A stretch of 63,882 nucleotides of DNA, filler included, from Dicyema japonicum (Eukaryota > Animalia > Dicyemida): the NCBI GenBank assembly GCA_011109175.1. It is 6 parts of 6 records of this genome, joined end to end, with 100 filler letters (N's around TTAATTAATTAA, not from the genome) between each part and the next. Parts side by side here need not be neighbours in the genome. Positions count along the whole stretch, not along the records: positions 1 to 15,372 come from RDEW01000206.1; positions 15,473 to 32,026 come from RDEW01000011.1; 4 more parts are not named here. One strand, given 5' to 3'. Made by a program: the position numbers and the translations under genes. Shown here piece after piece: positions 11,141-24,137 of this stretch (position 1 is the first letter of the stretch; each line of letters opens with the position of its first letter). The notes beneath the pieces are model-generated. The model had not been told where the DNA came from. It ran no database searches and saw nothing but the letters and a program-made list of their open reading frames with translations.

Positions 11141-13069
11141 CTATAAATTAAATGCCTCGGGTGCATCGTAGTCATGGTAGTCACGCTTTTTGTACCCATC
11201 AAAAAATGTATTATTCCTTACTCCAACTTGGGGATTCTGTCTCCAACTTGACTGAGAATATTCTGAATAAGTAGTACTAAAAAATTTTAGAAAAAACTTT
11301 TATAGGATCTCGGATTTGGTCTGTCATTTTTTCTAGGAGAGCACATCTCATTTGATGAAAAAGATGTTTTTTTAACTGGTAAAGGAGGAAGTGGTCGATT
11401 GGCGTCCATTAAGAAATTATTGAAAAAATTAGCCTATATTACTCATGATCATATAAATACATTTTCTTTAATCTTTAAAAGTTTTTCTGGATATTTTCGA
11501 TTAATGTGTTTGAATACATATTCCTCGTTCATAAACATTTTACTACTGATAGTGCAAATATAACGAGATTCATCCAATTTCTGGCAATGATCGGATAGAA
11601 ATTTCTCAATTTCCCTAGAATGACAACATCGTGTAATACTCATTCACGTCTTTCACTCCCAATTTGGACAAGTCTTCCTGGCTTAGACCACACCCTGGAA
11701 ATGAGAATTGATTAAAATCGATATTGTCTATATAATTATATTGATAATAGTACCCATCGAACTACACTTACGAACGTGAAAAATTGAGAGTGGGAAGAAA
11801 TATGATTTTTCCCATTGGTACCAAAACCCTCCGTAAAAGTCGAATGAGTGGACTATTCGCAAATATAAGACCAGACTGTCCAATATCTGATTGATTGTAT
11901 ATCCAATTAATATACTTTAATAAGATCCGGGATATCAAGGTCGTCGATTTCATTACCTAATTTTCTTAAATATGTAATTGCTCACCTCTGCCTAAGATGG
12001 TATGCAAAAATTTATCCTCTTCAGAAATTTCGCCATGTAAACTCTCAAAATACTTAACAGCAGAAGTAGCTCGACGAATTTGTCCTAAAATATATTCCAT
12101 TTGACTGAATAATCCATCCACTGATATCAAAGAGTCAATTGATGGTTTAGATCTCATAAATCGTAATCTATCAGGACAGTTCATCTAATAGAGTAAAGCA
12201 TTTTTGGATTGCACATTTCCATTCTCTAATCGACAAGCAATATTAGTGAAACAAGTCTCTGGTTTAAAGATTGCAAAGGCATCGACTTTCCAATTATTTT
12301 CTATTCGAGGAGCACATATGAAGGCTCTTTGAAAATTATCCATTCCCTCAAATATCTAAAATAGTTTCCATTTACTTCACATTCGACACGTCACTCTCGA
12401 CCGTATTGGAAGGAAAGGATGTGAGAAACAACAGAACCGGCTCGATAGAACAAAGCTTCTCCTCGAATAACTCTGTTTGGCCAATTAAATCAAATCTAGG
12501 CTATTAACATCTATATTTACAGAATATTTGACGTCTCCATCAAATCGTGATTAAGTATTATAAGTGAGACTACTCTGAGCCATTGAAATAAATAACTACG
12601 GCTGTCCTCGTCTAATGATATGTCCAAATATTTATGATCGTAGAGCCACTTGAACACAACTTTCCTACTCTCGATATTATTTCTAGCATTTTCCTTGGAT
12701 TCCTCTATGTGTAATGGATGATAACGCCTTCGGAACCTAAACTGTGACTATAAAATAAGAACCATTCCTCTGATTGATGTTTTTCGAAAAATTGCCGCAG
12801 ATAAAGTTTATTACAAGAGTTTTTATATTGATTGTAGTAAGAAACGGCGTCTTGCTCAGTAATATCATCGTTTTGTGAATCCATGAAGAGTTTAAACGAC
12901 AATACACATGTTAATGGTTGAAGATTCCTAGAAAGATCAACATTTAAATAGATAACTCTTCTATTTTTTGTCTCTTTGGTGGAAGATAGTTTTGTCGGTT
13001 GCTACTACCTGCGCTATCATTGGGAGCTGGTTGTTGACCGTCATTTTGTATAGTTCTGTCAAAACCCAT
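11141..13069 (-). CDS. SRRT: Serrate/Ars2 RNA effector, compact, about 10 introns
   Basis: SFKLFMDSQNDDITEQDAVSYYNQYK, FFEKHQSEEWFRRRYHP, LDSLVLYLRIVHSFDFY, FFNNFLMDANRP, terminal YHDYDAPE; frame open after splicing. Confidence 0.93.
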
Positions 13070-14186
13070 TTAATTGTAAAAAATACCAGTATCTAGAACA
13101 TTACATACTTTATTAATAGATATTATAATTAAAAAAATAAAATATAGACAAACAATAAATCATATATAACGGTAATACAACCTCCACTAAGAAACAAAAA
13201 ATTGTTAATATTTATGATTTATTATAAAATATTTAAATATATTTAATTAAATTAATATATTTCTAAGATTCATTATGCTAGAATAACGAATATTTTAATA
13301 GCTGATTTTTAAAAATAGTACTCCCAACCTTTGAAATGTTTTCGTCACTTTTTTTTTCGTAACTATGAACATAATTCGTAACTATGAACATAATGAACAT
13401 AATTTAAAGTGTCCATGTTCTAAATTCAAAAATGTCCATACGTTGTGTACTTGTCATCAAGAGATTTTCACTTAACGTTTAAATAAGTTGTTAAACAGTA
13501 AATTAATAAAAAGAAACTAATTAACTTATTAATGTCCTAACATAGTCTAAAGCCTTCGAAGTGGTTAAACTGCGACGACGACATTATTTTTAAAGATTAG
13601 TCATTCACGTTTAAAAAACTCACCTAATTCTTTCGGAGACCATCTAAAAAAAAGGCCTTTTTCGCCGAGCCATAGTATTTTATAACTCGGCATAGGCTGG
13701 ACACACACTATTATTTTAAGTGAAGAGAAGTTAATTTTTAACTAATCGTAGGTAGCCGAGGAGAGCATCTAAGTATATATTATAATTAGCAAATATGCTC
13801 TGTATACTCCAGACAAAATAAAAATGACTTGGATAGTGTCTCCTGAATAGATTATTTTTTAAAAATAATTCTTTCAAACAACATAAAAATACATTTTTAA
13901 TATACGGTAGAACCTCGTAGCATGAGTGCCTCATTATACAAGCAATTCGCTTTGCGAGCAGCCATTGGTAAGAATTTTTGTCTTGTATGACAATTAATAA
14001 TTTGTAGTACGAGCAATGATTCATTCAGTCAGTTTCGGCGGTGACTAAGTTGAAAAGAGTAAAAAACCCGAAAATCGCAATACAAGCTCAGTCTGAGAAC
14101 GATTTAAACTCGTACTGCAAGGTTCTATTGGATAATGTATTAATCGTTAAAAATTAATATTATTTAGTGAAAAAATCAGCCCAGAC

Positions 14187-15140
14187 TTAATTAAATTTAG
14201 ATATTTCATTATTTCGATCAATAATAGCTCTGACGGACTTTGCTATCAAATCAGAAAAGCCGCCATTTTTAAAAACATTAAATCCAGCCTCGGTAGTACC
14301 ATTTGGCACTTTAATAGAATTTATAAGACCTTCAGCATCATAACCACTGTCATCCAACAACGTGGCTGAGTTTAACATTGTTGATGTGCATGCTCGAATT
14401 GCCAACTCGTAAGGCAGGCCTTCTGCCGAGACAGCTTTGGTTAGCTCTGAAACAAACGAAAGAAACTATTTAGTTAGCATAAAATTAATTACAAGACAAA
14501 TTGCAGAGCCAGAAGCGGCTATGATGTGACCAATAAGACTTTCGTCTATAATTTCTACGATTCCTACCGCTTCAAAAAGCCACTGATTTAAAATTTAATC
14601 AATATTCAGAAATACTTTCGAAACTTCGATCTCCCAAGTAGACGCCTGTGCCTTGTTATAACAAAGTCCGGTAAATGAACAGCATATTGAAGAGCCTATA
14701 TTTGGCATAACTCTGATAACGGTTTTTGTGTCTTTCATTTGCTACCAAATGGTGGGATTAAGAAAACCTCTTCCATTGCTTCAATTGTTATTCCTGCTGC
14801 TGTCGAGATTACCACAGCAGTCTGAGGAATGTCTCCTAGTACGTTCAGTATTTCAAATGGACGGACACAAAGAACTATCACATCGCAGCTCGATTTGATT
14901 TCATTGTTAGAAGCGTACGTAATACCAAGGTTCTTATTTTTATAAATTATAACAAAATATTACTGTCGCTTTGTTACTTGTCTGGGGAGAAGATGTTGAC
15001 GCCTTGAGTCGCTCGGCAGGTAATAAACCTAAATCATATTATTTGACCTTCAAAAAACCGCTCCTCAAAATTCCCTTAATAATTGTTTGGGCGATTTCTC
15101 CGCAACCGATAAAACCGACCACAATTTCCTCATACTGCAT
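14187..15140 (-). CDS. PYCR: Pyrroline-5-carboxylate reductase, 5 introns
   Basis: VGFIGCGEIA Rossmann motif, DVIVLCVRP, ISTAAGITI, IRVMPN, PNGTTEAG. Confidence 0.9.
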
Positions 15141-15779
15141 ATCTAAGTTAAATAGTTTTATTTTTTTTGGCAACTAAAATTACATTATTATTTAAAACAA
15201 TTTAATAATTAATTAAGTGAAATTTTCAGCGTTTATCAGTGATTATTGCCAATGTATCAAATAAAATCTTGGAAAAAATTCTTCATTGGATATTGGCACA
15301 AGGTACCTAATCCCATTACATAATCTGAAAAACACGAAGGCTCCATATGCAATCTAATACGAAGAAAATTACNNNNNNNNNNNNNNNNNNNNNNNNNNNN
15401 NNNNNNNNNNNNNNNNTTAATTAATTAANNNNNNNNNNNNNNNNNNNNNNNNNNNNNNNNNNNNNNNNNNNNGTTATAGTGCAAGGCCCTATATGGGTCG
15501 TTCCGATTTGAAAACAGTGTCAGGAAACGGTGTAGATCGTCTAATAATTGAGAGGCATGACCTGAAAGATGTGGAGAAAACGTGTGTTACAATTTTGTCT
15601 CCGAACTTGATGTCGTAGAAGAGTTTCTGCAAATTATTACGCGAATACCCCAGAATTATCCTTAAATCTTCGAATTACGGAGACAATCCTTAAATTTTGG
15701 AAAAAATATTACATCTTATTTTTCTTACCTGGAGAAAACGTAATAGAGGCTCCTTCCCAGTAGTCATACTCGAGCTTTT

Positions 15780-16260
15780 TGATAATAACCTTACAGAGGT
15801 CGTCCACGTCATCAGATTAACCCCACATAATTTATTGAGGAAGGATTTAACTCCATCAGAGGACAGTACATATATCCGTGGACATCACAAAAGCGTTCAA
15901 GTCAGTCCCCATGAAACTCCTTACAAAGAAGATATTTGAAACCAACATCCATCCGAACTTGAAACTTTGGCTTGGAAACTTCTTAAATGGAAGACGAGCA
16001 CATGTACTCTGCACAACATCAAATCAAAATCTCGCCACTTTCCAAATGGAGTCCCTCTAGACTTTCCACTGTCACCCCAACTCTTCAATCTCTACATAAA
16101 CGACATGCCACAAACCTGTAATGAAAACTGCATAATCCTTCCTATGCAGACGATATCATTCTTGCTTCCAAAAACAGACGCATTCAATCAGCGACTCAGT
16201 TCACTAACAAATATTTGACAAGCTGGAACAATGGCTCTCGACGTGGAGGCTCGACACAAC
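15780..16260 (+). mobile_element. Degenerate LINE reverse transcriptase fragment
   Basis: DITKAFKSV, GVP..PLSPQLFNLYINDMP, YADD in shifted frame. Confidence 0.8.
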
Positions 16261-16889
16261 AATAACAAAGTCATTCTTGATCCATTTTATCCATTTGGCC
16301 GATTGTTTCAACGAGCTTGATAATGCTAACATTCCAGACGTCTTCGTGGAAATCGATTGGAAATTTAACTTTAATTTATGAATCAGCTATTGATGGAATA
16401 CCACACAGTGAAGACATGGTCTCACATAAGATCTGTATTTTGATATTGGGAGTAATTATAAGGTAATAATGTGCCCACTATAATTAAAAATTTAATTTGC
16501 TATGGTCTGGAAATTACAACGGCTAATTTCAAATCAGGAATTCCATTGCTTTGCGACTCTGAGACTCTCCCGTAAGCAGAGAAGGTTTTCACACATCCCG
16601 GGAAGTGTCATATACTGCGGAAATGCCAACTTTCTCTTGTAGTTGCTACTCTTGTTTTATCAGATTAGCTTCATGTTATTCAGGCGACGTCTAGTGCTGA
16701 AATGGCATAAAAAATCGTTTGCTATCCTTCACTCAATTGGGAGAGAATTTGTCAATCCCTTTATGTCAGCTTCCATAGTTGACTTAGTCTCAAATCTCTT
16801 TTATTTTTTTAAACCGCAAATTTTTGTAGACTTGGATAATTAATAAAAAAAATTTTTAACATTGTTTTCATAACTGTGACCGTAAACAC

Positions 16890-19080
16890 TTTATTCAAAG
16901 GAACTAAGGAGTTAGTTTAAGAGCTTACTTACGAGTCCGCCTATGCGGCCTGGACTCTTCCAATGAACCCCCTCGCCATTTTAATCTCGTTCTAGCGTCG
17001 GATCCCATCGATCCTCTTCTCTACAATATATTTGACCGGTGCAAGAATCTTGTCTTCTTCCGTACTGAGGACATCAAAATACTTTATTGCTAACCTTCTC
17101 GTTTTTTTCCATAAGTAACATAATTCTATCTTTTTGGCAAGAGAAAAACCATGCTTCGCATCCATATAGTAACTCTGGTAGAATGATTCTATGAAGATAA
17201 ACAAGAAGGTCTTTAAGCTTACGAACAACTTGCTTGTACAGCTTCTTCCTTTTTCATCTGATATCCTCCATAAAGGAACCTTCCCCATCGATAGCTATCC
17301 CGAGGTAGTGAATTTACTTTTGGACTTTTGGAATACTAAGTGAGTAGGGCTGCGTACGATGCCTCCGTAGGCGACTGACTCTCAAGTGGCCGGACTTCTC
17401 AGTGGATAGTTTCATCCCTCTCTTGGTGCACTAGTCCTGGACTTGGTCAGTGAATGACTTGATTCTTCTTTCCGATAGAGTTGATTTCCCGAATATCATC
17501 TGCGTATATCATAGTTTGGTGTTCGTATCCAGTGGAATTAGAAGTCTGACAAGAACACGTTGAACAGAAGTGGGCTCAAGACAGAACCTTGTGGGACTCC
17601 CATCTTCAATATGAAATCTTTTGACATATTTGCTCCAACACGTACTCGGGAAGTCCGACCTGTTAAGAAATCCTTTATCCATATGAAAAGTTTTTTTTGG
17701 ATTTCAGCAGCTGCTAGCCTTGATAGGAGGGCTTCATGCCACACACTATCAAAAACCTTGGACAGATCCAAGCATACCAGGTTGATCAGTCTCTTGAATT
17801 CCAGACCTCTCAATAACGCAGAATGCATCTGGTTGATGCAATCCGTGCAGGATTTTCCAGGTCTGAAGCCACATTGTTCTGCGAAAAGGAAACCACTCTC
17901 TTCTATGTGGTCGTTTAGCCTCTTGAAGATAATTCGTTCAACATTCTTGGAAATAGAGCAGATGAGGCTGATCGGCCTATAGATGAGAGGGTCCCTCCCC
18001 GACTTTCTCGGTTTCAAGATCATTCTGACTATGGAGGTTTTCCAGCGTTTGGGGACGTAGCCATAATCTATGCTCGTGTTGAATAAATTTTTCAGTACGA
18101 GCAGCAGATCCTCTGGGCAATCTCATGCTAATATGGTCATGTCCAGAAGCGTTAGCTTTGCATGTTTTAATGGCAATCATGACGTCCTCTGTCGTTATCT
18201 TCATTTCAGTATCTTTGAGATCGTCCAAAGAGTAGGTTAGAATTTCTTGTGAAGCATCTAACTTCTCCCTCAAGATCTGCTCCATCGGGTTGACCCCCTA
18301 AATGCGGTCTAGTTGCTTCTTAAAGATATCTGGGGCTTCTTCAATAAAACATGATCCACCTTCTGGCTTGGTCAAAGAGATTTTTATGTCATTCCTTTTC
18401 TGGTCAGTTATTCTTTTGTAGAACTTCCAGAACGAGGGGTATTCGGTGTTTAGTTTGCTTGCCTCGACCCGAGGGGTATTCGGTGTTTAGTTTGCTTCTT
18501 GAGACAGTCTTGTTCTCTCTTCAATGGCTTTTTTGATTATCTTCAGTTGACCGGTCAATACAATTCGGTCCATCCAGTCGACACATCTTCTGAGTTTGTT
18601 CCTCAGGCGGATTCTTTCATTAATCATAGATAATGTAGAAGGGGAGGGATTGATGCTCTTCCCATAATTGGTTCTTGAAGGTATCATTTTTGCGTAAAGT
18701 ATTAAGGATCTCTCCATCACAATAGAAAAGTCTTTGTCTATGTTGTCAATATCACTTCGGGAATAAGGTCCCTCCTTCCAGTTTTTAAGGTTTCTAGATA
18801 TGCATCTTCTATAGTGTTCACAATTTAGTCTTTATAGGTCCTGTAAACACTGACTCCGTGGTGTCCGGAGTCAGGTTCAGTAACATCTCTNAGTATCTCT
18901 CCATCACAATTGAAAAGTCTTTGTCTATGTTGTCAATATCACTTCGGGAATAAGGTCCCTCCTTCCAGTTTTTAAGGTTTCTAGATATGTATCTTCTATA
19001 GTGTTCACAATTTAGTCTTGATAGGTCCTGTAAACACTGACTCCGTGGTGTCCGGAGTCAGGTTCAGTAACATCTCTTGG
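16890..19080 (-). mobile_element. 5'-truncated APE-type LINE (jockey/I-like RT), decayed
   Basis: YRPISLIC, EQCGFRPGKSC, LDLSKVFDSVWH, GVPQGSVLSPLLFN, YADD near 17500; 3' UTR hairpin GAGTCC..GGACTC then AATAAA. Confidence 0.9.
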
Positions 19081-19599
19081 GGGATTTGTCAATTGACCAA
19101 TTTTGTTCCACATTTTCAATGACTAAACATTTTCTTATTTTTTCGTTTGCTCTTGATAAAATTAAATTAATTCCAAAGACCACTGTTAAACCGAAAAAAC
19201 TAAACTAAATGATCCATACGAATTGGATCAAGGCTCTCATCTTTGCTCGGTGTTGATCCCTTGAGCCTACAAAAGTTCGTTACGGACGAGCACTTTCTTT
19301 TTGGCATTGGTGTCCATTTTTGTTTTTTTCGATTACCATGATTACTATTATTATTAAAAACCAAAAATCACCGACAAATTAAATAACTACATAGCCGTCA
19401 GGTGATTCCGGCCGCCTNTCATCTTTGCTCGGTGTTGATCCCTTGAGCCTACAAAAGTTCGTTACGGACGAGCACTTTCTTTTTGGCATTGGTGTCCATT
19501 TTTGTTTTTTTCGATTACCATGATTACTATTATTAAAAACCAAAAATCACCGACAAATTAAATAACTACATAGCCGTCAGGTGATTCCGGCCGTCTCGA

Positions 19600-20170
19600 G
19601 TAGCCATCTTATTCTTGCTCGCTGTTCTTCCCGGGTTCCAACGCATTTCCGGATTGGGCGAGGGTTTCTAACTTTATTGGAGGGTAGTAAGGCTCCGGTT
19701 TTCCTCACTAATTCCTCAAAAGGTGTAGGATTTAGAGGTATCCAAGAACCTTAGTGGCCATTTTTTGGAAGGTATTGATTTTTTTCTATATTCCTGTTTG
19801 ATAGTTTGGTTCCCCATGCAGCACAACCGTAAGTTAGAGACGGTTGAATATACTGCACGTAGAGCGAGTCCAAATTTGAGTTGAAACACCCATTATATTG
19901 TCCAAAGAGTGTTTTAACAAAATTTAGCTTTCGTTGTGCCGAGGAGATGACGTTGTCGATATGTTTGCTGAAGGTTAAAAGTGGGTCGTAAGTTACGCCC
20001 AGTATTTTGACCGAGTTGGTCGTAGGGATTGAGTTTCCATTTATGGTTAACATGGAGCGGAGTTTCTCTATCTTCTGTTTGTTGTGAAAATTGTTGTATA
20101 AGACTTTTCGGGACTTGTATGTAGAATATTCTTAACGAGCCAACAGTTCAGATCGTCCAATGAAGCTTGT
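19600..20170 (-). mobile_element. LINE RT C-terminal fragment
   Basis: VKILGVTYDPLLTFSKHI, LYVQYIQPSLTYGCAAW. Confidence 0.8.
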
Positions 20171-20303
20171 ATCCGGTAAACTGGACTTAATAAATGTGAT
20201 CTAAATCGTTTGAAACGTAATTTCAGCAAAATCATTTTATTTGTTTGAAATAAAATAAAATTAATATTTAAAAATTAGAATATAATAGGGGTAGTTACAA
20301 GTG

Positions 20304-22264
20304 ATGATGCCTGACTATGAGCTTAATCAACTCGTGTACGCTAGCAACGTTCATGGTGCAATTAATGTGATTACTGCTGATAAAACCGGAACTTATTGTG
20401 GTATTGGAGGTCGCAAAGGTGCCAAAGATCTTTATTTCATTACTCTCAGTCTACAAGGTAGACTCTTGTTCAGGCAGTCTCTGTCAACTGCATAATCTGT
20501 TAAACCTTTCACGGAAGTGGGGTCATTGAGAATATCACTGACAATAGTTGGAACAAACAGAATGGTAGCTACAAGTTTACCACTTTAGTCAACGTATTGT
20601 CTTCACTAGACGATTCAGGAAATGCGTTTTACTGGGACATTAAAAGGACAGAAATCCGGTTACCTTGTACAGGTTCTCTTGATTTATGACGACTAGTGGA
20701 CAAATAAGGATGGACTAGCCACGCACATAACGTTTGATCCACTCAGCAAACAAAACCTACTGATAGCCTACCAAAAAAAAGCGGTTAAAATAATGGTTGA
20801 AGTATTTGTGACCTAAAGGACAAACGAGTGAAACGATGCCGGAGATTTTTCCAAGAGGATCTATCAATTAACGATACTAGATTCTCCAAACATTCAAGGT
20901 CATCCTTAATTGCCACAGCTCTAATTGACGGATCAATCAAAATATGGGATTCAAGGAATTTTAAAAGACACGCGTGTCATTTTCATGCTTACATTGTCCG
21001 AATTAATCGCATAGATTGCCATCCTGACCACAATGTAATTGTTTTGACAGGAAAGGGACAAAATAGCATTTTTGTAGACTTATCTCCTATTTTTAAGATT
21101 TGGGACCTTGACCACAGCGCCGCAAAGGTCAACAAGATCAATTCTGGTCTGGGGAAATTATTAAAGTAAGATGGAGACCTGGTTACAGGTAGGACCGTTT
21201 CTTTAATCATGGACTCAGTTCATTACCCTACCTGGTACCAATAAGAATATGATAAATATCTGGGACCTAATGAACCCATATTCTCCATATGGAGTGATTC
21301 ATTCTGATATGGAAACCAAAATAAGTATGTGGTGGTAACAGCCTTTAGTGGACATTGCTTGGAGGGGTCGGTCTGGGGAAGAGTTATTCTCTGGTGGACT
21401 CGGTAACGTGTTGATCAGATTTTTTCTACAAAAAGCTCAAAGAATTTCACCACCACAATATCGTAGGAATTGCATCGACATTGGAATTGATGGAATGATG
21501 ACTTGTACCAGCTACAATCTTGAAAGGACAACAGATCGAAAAAAAACCTGACAAAAAGAAACTTTCTTGGGGTAGGTCTAAAGTGGAGACTATGTTAAAT
21601 TGGACTGAGATAGCTGGAGTCCAATGATTTGTTTGTCAAGTCTGCAGAACAACTAAAGTTCTACGGAAGTGACCCCTCTTATTTATGTCAACACAACGCT
21701 AACGTTGCCAAAAAACTCGGTCGTAATGAAATCGAAGCTTCTTGGTTGATTTTAAAGCAGGTCATAAATTCGCTTAAACTCCGTATTTTCTATATATAGC
21801 CTCTAGTAAAGGAGGAACCCAACGAATCGTCAATTTACGGTTGTCTCTGGTTTTTCTGAAAAGAAAAGACGTGATGAATTTCATTATGAACTACATTGGT
21901 CCACGATTTGCTTATTATGAGATTTGTTGATGAAATTCTAATTCTTTATGGTCTCAGCAGAGGTCACCAAGTTCGGAGGTTCTCTGAGATATGGAAGAAA
22001 TTCAAAATAACACATCTTTTTGATTGAAGTGCATGAATAAGCCAGGCTATGATGTCATGGTGCGAAATTCAACAAAATGGAAGAATTGTGATGATTATTT
22101 GGTCATTTGCAGTTTATGGTGGCTTCTGTGTTTATTATAGTAATAATCCTGTTACTGGGTTGTCCACGTGGTGTCAAATATGTAAACACGGAGGACATCT
22201 GGATCACATTACACAGTGGTTTGAAACTAACACGTACTGTCCTTCTGGATGTGGGCATGATTGA
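20304..22264 (+). pseudogene. WDR24: WDR24-like (GATOR2) WD40 plus C-terminal Zn finger gene with frameshifts and stops
   Basis: DGSIKIWD, KVRWRP (shifted frame), DIAWR, WCQICKHGGHLDHITQWF..CPSGCGH; frame breaks near 20500 and 21150. Confidence 0.72.
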
Positions 22265-23037
22265 ACAAATTATTTATTTAAATGACAATTTCAGTATTTT
22301 ATTATTATTATCCACAGTCCTACCATATATGGCAATCGGTGATTCATTAGTTATATTTGTATTAATACTGAAAAACATGTGTGTGTCTGGTGTGGTTGAT
22401 TTTATGTCTGTTTTCTTAAGCACGGAAACAAATCATGTTGACCTTCCTACTGATTTGATGGAAGAAAATACACGATACGAAGTAGGACATTTGGCTTCAG
22501 GGCTGCATAAACTACCTGGGGTTAGATGTGGACCACAACGGCCTGTAGCTGAGGACAGTGATCACTTTTGTTTGTTACAATGACAAGTGTCAGTGGACGA
22601 GTGAAGTTGTTGGCTGTTCCAAAACAAGATTCGAGAAGATTCCTCGTGGTGGATGGCAATTGATTGCCGACACCTTTAATGAGAGGTTTTCGACCTGAAG
22701 AGCATTTCAAATGTCAAGTAATTGCTAAAGGGATGGATCCCTAAGAAGAATTATGTTGAAGTTTGGAAATTTCCCACAAATGAATTTGTTCCTAATACTC
22801 CCACAAAAATTTCTGTATATGGAAAGTGTGTGGAGTTGAAGATTCAAATCAGTGTCTATTGTTTTTTAGTATAAAAATTTGATATTTGTGATATTGAAAT
22901 TGTAGTAGGGAATATTCACCTTCACGATATTTTTTGTGATGAGCTATTGAAAATTGTAGTAGGGAATATTCACCGGACATGTGGTTTAACACCGGAGCAT
23001 CGATTGCGTGTTTTCATTAATAGTATAGATATGTAAA

Positions 23038-23150
23038 TACAGTAAAGTCCATCTAATTGGCCAACCCTTGAATTGGCCAATTTATAGCTAAAAGTTCACG
23101 TCACGGGTTCAAAAAAGCAAATTTTCCTAAGAAATTGGCCAACATTATTA
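23038..23150. mobile_element. pogo/Tigger-like TIR end
   Basis: TA-CAGTAAAGTCC start with repeated AATTGGCCAA sub-terminal motifs. Confidence 0.45.
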
Positions 23151-24137
23151 AAAAAAACATAAAATTTATTTTTACTAATCTTTTTCTATAAGAAACAATT
23201 AACCTGTGGAAGAGTGAAGGGTTTGATTGTATAAAAAACAGCCCTTGGAATAAATCTCACCCACTCCTTTTTATTGTCCAAACCCATCATTTCCGACAAA
23301 GTTCTTGTGATCGTTGGTTAAATCTCTTCACAATCCTTTGACTTTGGGGATTGTTGGGTTTCCATGTATTTGCGTCACATTAAATTCTTTGCATAAACTT
23401 TTATAGAGATTTTTTGTAAAAGAATATTTGAAATAAACATCAACAACAGAAAGCAACAAAGGAAAATGACTATTTTGATTTTTAATTCTATGAACTAAGA
23501 TAAACTTCGTTTTTCCTCTGAAAATCCTCCGGTAACCATTTGTTTTGATAAGTTTGACTTATCAGCCCGGACGTGATACTATAAGACAATAACTAACTTC
23601 TTTACTAGTAACCTCGATGCAAGAACAATTTTTTCAGATGTAACATGACCGATGAGTGATCCAGAAACAGGGGACATAACGAGGGGCATAGTAAATTCAG
23701 GAAGCGAATCGCATTGTTTGGGTCTCAGACAGTCAAATATAACCCAAGAAGACAAAGGTTTCAAAGACTTCCTCGACAACCTTACACATCCCAAAAAATT
23801 TCAAAATCATATGTTTAATCTAAAATTGATAAATCAAGGTTACTTTGCGGTTAGATTAATCATTTTCGTCAGTTTATTTATTAAAACCTTTTACATTGAG
23901 AATGAAGTTAATGGTCAATAACTAATTAAATCCAGTTACCATGGTCATANNNNNNNNNNNNNNNNNNNNNNNNNNNNNNNNNNNNNNNNNNNNNNNNNNN
24001 NNNNNNNNNNNNNNNNNNNNNNNNNNNNNNNNNNNNNNNNNNNNNNNNNNNNNNNNNNNNNNNNNNNNNNNNNNNNNNNNNNNNNNNNNNNNNNNNNNNN
24101 NNNNNNNNNNNNNNNNNNNNNNNNNNNNNNNNNNNNG

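Noticed and set aside
11728-11753. Possible GG-AG intron in SRRT
   Set aside because: Re-reading gives a canonical 26-nt GT-AG intron in the right phase
15373-15472. TTAATTAATTAA palindrome between N runs (also 32071, 44681, 46722, 57325)
   Set aside because: Identical six-frame-stop spacer inside fixed 100-nt blocks: an artificial join, so adjacency across it is unreliable
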